NCBI GenBank assembly: GCA_016193105.1
Contig: JACPSU010000103.1
Coordinates: forward strand, 1-39,895
Direction of reading: 5' to 3'
DNA from: Deltaproteobacteria bacterium
Lineage (GTDB): Bacteria > Bdellovibrionota > JACOXK01 > 2-02-FULL-40-11
Length of the DNA stretch: 39,895 bases
In this document: positions 36,600-39,895 of the stretch, in pieces
How the letters are laid out: each line of letters begins with the position of its first letter
Position numbering within the stretch: position 1 is the stretch's first letter
Notes under the pieces: model-generated
What the model was told of the DNA's origin: nothing
Database searches by the model: none
What the model saw: the letters and a program-made list of their open reading frames with translations, nothing else
Translations under genes and position numbers: made by a program

Positions 36600-38077
36600 A
36601 AAAGTATTTATTTTTTGTCCTTCTTTTCTTTTTGAAGACCTCTTCTTCTTATGCCGTGCTACCCCTTCCATATCCTATTGACTATTTAGAGAAGGTTCCG
36701 GCTATTGAAAAGGAGGAGTTGACGGAAGCGGAAAAAATTGAAGAGGCTCCTCCAACAGAATTTGCACCCATTACACCACCGGACTTTAGAAAACAAAAAG
36801 CTCTTGGGTATGAGCCGGATGTAACCTTTCGTGTTCCTCCGGGGCTCAAAGACAAAGTAGATTTTTGGAAATTGATCTATCATTACTATTCGGTAGACCA
36901 ATATGTTCTTCACGATAGTGACTATAACCTTATTTATAGATCAGTAGATGTTTCAGGCATCCATCGAAAGAATATTAGTTATCGTGCCCAAAGAAAACTT
37001 TTGGGCCAAAAACTTGGGGTCCATAAGCAAGAAATCCGAGCTCTTTTGTCATCTGTTCATCAAAAACAAGCACATCCAGAATCTATGACTGCAGAAGAGA
37101 AAAAGATCTTTGATCTTTTTAGAAAGGTCGATGCTCCTAAGAAATTTTGGAATGCACGGTATAATATTCGTTCTCAATTGGGACAAAAAGAGCGTTTTCA
37201 ACAAGGCATTATTTGGGCGGGCCGATATCTGCCCATGATGGAAAAGATTTTTCAAGAAGAAGGGGTCCCCATTGAGCTCACACGTCTTCCCTTTGTGGAG
37301 TCTTCTTTTAATATCAAAGCCAGATCTAAAGTCGGAGCTTCAGGGGTGTGGCAATTTATTCGTTCTACGGGTCGACGGTATTTGTCTATCAATGCAGCGG
37401 TTGATGAAAGAAATGATCCCATTGAGGCCACTCGAGCAGCTGCAAAGCTTCTAAAAACCAATTATCGTTATTTGGAACATTGGCCACTGGCTGTGACCGC
37501 TTATAATCATGGAGCTTCTGGCATGCAACGGGCGGTAAAAAAAGTGGGAACGAAAGATATGGCTACTATTATTGCTCGCTACCGGAGCCGAACGTTTGGT
37601 TTTGCGTCTAAGAATTTTTATGCTGAGTTTTTAGCAGCACTTGAAACAGAATTAGAATATCAAAAATATTTTGGAGCCTTGAAAACAGAGGCCCCTTTGG
37701 ATTTTGAGGAAGTAGATATTCAAAAATATATTGGGATTCATGTGCTCACTCGCTATACGGATATCTCTAAAGAAGTCTTAAAAAGATATAATCCGGGACT
37801 CACAAGTCATGTTTTTGCAGGGAAAAAATTTATTCCTCCCGGTTATCGATTAAAACTTCCCCATGGAGCCAAAGAGGCTTTCTTAGCTTCTTATGATGAG
37901 ATTCCTTCTCAGCTGGTGGCCAAAGCTCAAAAAAAGTTTATCTATCATCGTGTACGAAGGGGAGATACTCTAACCTATTTAGCCCGTTTTTATGATACCT
38001 CAGTTGGAGAAATCCGACGTGCTAACCGCATTGGCCGATTTCTTTACTCCGGGCAAACTCTCATCATTCCCAAATGA
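36596..38077 (+). CDS. mltD: membrane-bound lytic murein transglycosylase D-like (SLT domain + C-terminal LysM)
   Basis: FVESSFNIKARSKVGASGVWQF (catalytic Glu-Ser, GxWQF), AYNHGASGM and a LysM repeat (YHRVRRGDTLTYLARFYDTSVGEIRRANRI). ATGA overlap with dacB. Confidence 0.8.
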   Translation: MKKYLFFVLLFFLKTSSSYAVLPLPYPIDYLEKVPAIEKEELTEAEKIEEAPPTEFAPITPPDFRKQKALGYEPDVTFRVPPGLKDKVDFWKLIYHYYSVDQYVLHDSDYNLIYRSVDVSGIHRKNISYRAQRKLLGQKLGVHKQEIRALLSSVHQKQAHPESMTAEEKKIFDLFRKVDAPKKFWNARYNIRSQLGQKERFQQGIIWAGRYLPMMEKIFQEEGVPIELTRLPFVESSFNIKARSKVGASGVWQFIRSTGRRYLSINAAVDERNDPIEATRAAAKLLKTNYRYLEHWPLAVTAYNHGASGMQRAVKKVGTKDMATIIARYRSRTFGFASKNFYAEFLAALETELEYQKYFGALKTEAPLDFEEVDIQKYIGIHVLTRYTDISKEVLKRYNPGLTSHVFAGKKFIPPGYRLKLPHGAKEAFLASYDEIPSQLVAKAQKKFIYHRVRRGDTLTYLARFYDTSVGEIRRANRIGRFLYSGQTLIIPK

Positions 38078-39705
38078 ACTCTTCGGATCTTCTTTTTACT
38101 CCGCTTGGTGGCTTAGGCGAAATTGGGATGAACATGATGGTTTTGGAGAGCGCCTCCGATGCTCTGATTATCGATTGTGGCGTTATGTTTCCGGACAGTC
38201 GAGACTATGGGGTAGATCTTATTCTTCCCGATTTTTCGTATCTAGAAAAAATTAAGCACAAAATTAGAGCTCTTCTTTTAACCCATGGCCATGAAGACCA
38301 CATTGGAGCTGTCCCCTATCTCTTGCGGGTTATTAAACCTAAAATTTATGGAAGCTCTTTTACTTTGGCTCTTTTAAGAACTAAGTTAGAAGAAGATCAT
38401 CGTCATCTTTCTGTGAGTCTGAATGAGACCAAACCGAATCAAAAAATAAAGCTCGGGGTATTCTCAGTCGAGTTTTTACAAGTGACTCATAGTATCGTAG
38501 ATGGCATGGGGTTGGCCATCCATACGCCCCAAGGAACGGTCATTCATACAGCAGATTTTAAGATCGATTCTGGATCTTACCGAGGGAAAAAAATAACACT
38601 TCAGAAGTTTCAGGAGTATGGGAAAAGAGGGGTGACTCTTCTTCTTTCAGACAGCACCAATGTGGAGCATCAAGGAAAGTCTTTATCAGAAGAACAAATT
38701 CACCAAGAGCTTGAAAAAATTTGTAGAAAAGCGCCTGGAAGGATTATTTTTTCTGTCTTTGCGACCAATATCCGTCGGATGGAACAGGTATTACAGATTG
38801 CGTTAAAATTTAAAAGGCGCGTTGTGCTTTTGGGGCGAAGCATTGAAACCAATGTTCCCATTGCCGTTGATCAAGGATTTATTGGCGCGAAAGAAGCGTC
38901 CGCGCTCATTGATAGTCAAGACATCGATGAGGTTCACCCTGAACAGCTCATGGTTATTTGTACGGGATCTCAGGCAGAGGAGCATTCAGCTCTTTGGCGC
39001 ATGTCTCAGGGGGAGCACAAACACATTCGAATCTCAATGGGAGATTGGGTGATTCTCTCTTCTAAATTTATTCCAGGAAATGAAAAGGCAATCTCACGTC
39101 TGATCAATAATCTTTATCGACGGGGAGCAGAAGTTTTTTATGAAAAAGTGGCCAATGTGCACATTTCAGGACATGCCTATGCGCAAGAGCTTAAACAAAT
39201 GATTGAAGCTGTGAAGCCTCGTTTTTTTATTCCGGTGCATGGGGAGTATCGCCATTTGGTCAGACATGGCCAACTTGCCCAGTCTTTAAAAATTCCTCCC
39301 CATCATATTTTTGTTTGTGAAAATGGGGATCGAATTTTATTTTCAAATGGAAAAGCACAGCGGCTAGAACCTTTAGAGTTTCAACCCCTTCTTATTCAAA
39401 GTGAAGGGAAGGGGCGTCTTGAAACAGAGGTTTTAAAAGAAAGAAGGCAGCTTTCTCAAACAGGGGTTGTGTGTGTCATTAAATCTATCGATGGTCTCCA
39501 TATTTATAGCCGAGGCGTTTTGGGTGAGGCCGAAAACAAAAGTGTGACCAAACGACTTAAAGAACATCTTTTAAGATTTTTAAAAGGGACCAAACTATCC
39601 GACAGTGATCTGCAGGAAGAACTCCGCCTTCAAACCAGACGGTTTTTCAAAGAGGAACTGGGCATCAAGCCCGTGGTCTTTCCTATCCTCTTGGTTCGCA
39701 GCTAA
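38074..39705 (+). CDS. rnj: ribonuclease J (metallo-beta-lactamase / beta-CASP)
   Basis: FTPLGGLGEIGMNMMV start, HGHEDHIGA zinc motif, beta-CASP motifs (..LLSDSTN.., ..HISGHA.., ..IPVHGE). Confidence 0.9.
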   Translation: MNSSDLLFTPLGGLGEIGMNMMVLESASDALIIDCGVMFPDSRDYGVDLILPDFSYLEKIKHKIRALLLTHGHEDHIGAVPYLLRVIKPKIYGSSFTLALLRTKLEEDHRHLSVSLNETKPNQKIKLGVFSVEFLQVTHSIVDGMGLAIHTPQGTVIHTADFKIDSGSYRGKKITLQKFQEYGKRGVTLLLSDSTNVEHQGKSLSEEQIHQELEKICRKAPGRIIFSVFATNIRRMEQVLQIALKFKRRVVLLGRSIETNVPIAVDQGFIGAKEASALIDSQDIDEVHPEQLMVICTGSQAEEHSALWRMSQGEHKHIRISMGDWVILSSKFIPGNEKAISRLINNLYRRGAEVFYEKVANVHISGHAYAQELKQMIEAVKPRFFIPVHGEYRHLVRHGQLAQSLKIPPHHIFVCENGDRILFSNGKAQRLEPLEFQPLLIQSEGKGRLETEVLKERRQLSQTGVVCVIKSIDGLHIYSRGVLGEAENKSVTKRLKEHLLRFLKGTKLSDSDLQEELRLQTRRFFKEELGIKPVVFPILLVRS

Positions 39706-39895
39706 GAGATATAGTTTATTTCTTTTAAGAATTTTTCGATTCTGAGGTTCACAAGCTCTGGCATATCCATGTGGGAGCAGTGGCTTCCTTGAGGGACTCT
39801 CAAAAATTGAGCCTTCGGGATTTTCCGGTACATATGATATTGGTTTTGAATTGGAGTGATGAGATCGTTGTTTCCCCCTATAATTAAGGCTGGAA
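39702..39895 (-). CDS. alpha/beta-fold hydrolase, C-terminal fragment (5' end outside the window)
   Basis: The reverse strand reads PALIIGGNNDLITPIQNQYHMYRKIPKAQFLRVPQGSHCSHMDMPELVNLRIEKFLKEINYIS*. This is the typical G..D.i.P...ip.a.......GH....E.PE......FL tail carrying the catalytic His. Not in the ORF track because it is truncated. Its stop overlaps the rnj stop by 4 nt. Confidence 0.6.
   Translation of the reverse strand, partial: PALIIGGNNDLITPIQNQYHMYRKIPKAQFLRVPQGSHCSHMDMPELVNLRIEKFLKEINYIS

Overview
AT-rich, very tightly packed chromosomal segment from a diderm (Gram-negative-type) bacterium. I saw no rRNA, tRNA, CRISPR array, transposase or integrase. Layout: (i) 1-2.2 kb holds the 3' end of a GT2 glycosyltransferase, an outer-membrane beta-barrel protein and a FecR-domain protein. 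(ii) 2.2-18.7 kb is a complete division/cell-wall (dcw) cluster, rsmH-ftsL-ftsI-murE-murF-mraY-murD-ftsW-murG-murC-murB-ftsQ-ftsA-ftsZ, with no mraZ and no ddl. (iii) 18.7-22.1 kb holds two small exported orphans, ligA and a 4HBT thioesterase. (iv) 22.2-26.1 kb is the accessory island: a compact bacterial-microcompartment (BMC) locus. It has two BMC-T genes (the first frameshifted), one BMC-H, three BMC-P and a single cargo enzyme, a CoA-acylating aldehyde dehydrogenase with an N-terminal encapsulation-peptide-like helix. No signature enzyme, phosphotransacylase or alcohol dehydrogenase is present. (v) 26-33.6 kb holds several exported orphan proteins, an OMP, hldC-like, rsmE and a receiver-GGDEF regulator. 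(vi) 33.6-39.9 kb holds a family-5 solute-binding lipoprotein, PBP4 (dacB), an MltD-like lytic transglycosylase, RNase J and the 3' end of an alpha/beta hydrolase. Structure not explained by the genes: a GC-rich, inverted-repeat-bounded ~140-nt element that fills the only real intergenic gap of the BMC operon; a second GC-rich foldback cassette at the 5' end of the gene at 32652; and two ~46-nt members of one small palindromic repeat family that sit in frame, in opposite orientations, in the inter-domain linkers of the essential genes ftsI and murG. All product calls rest on motif recognition by eye. No database search was run.
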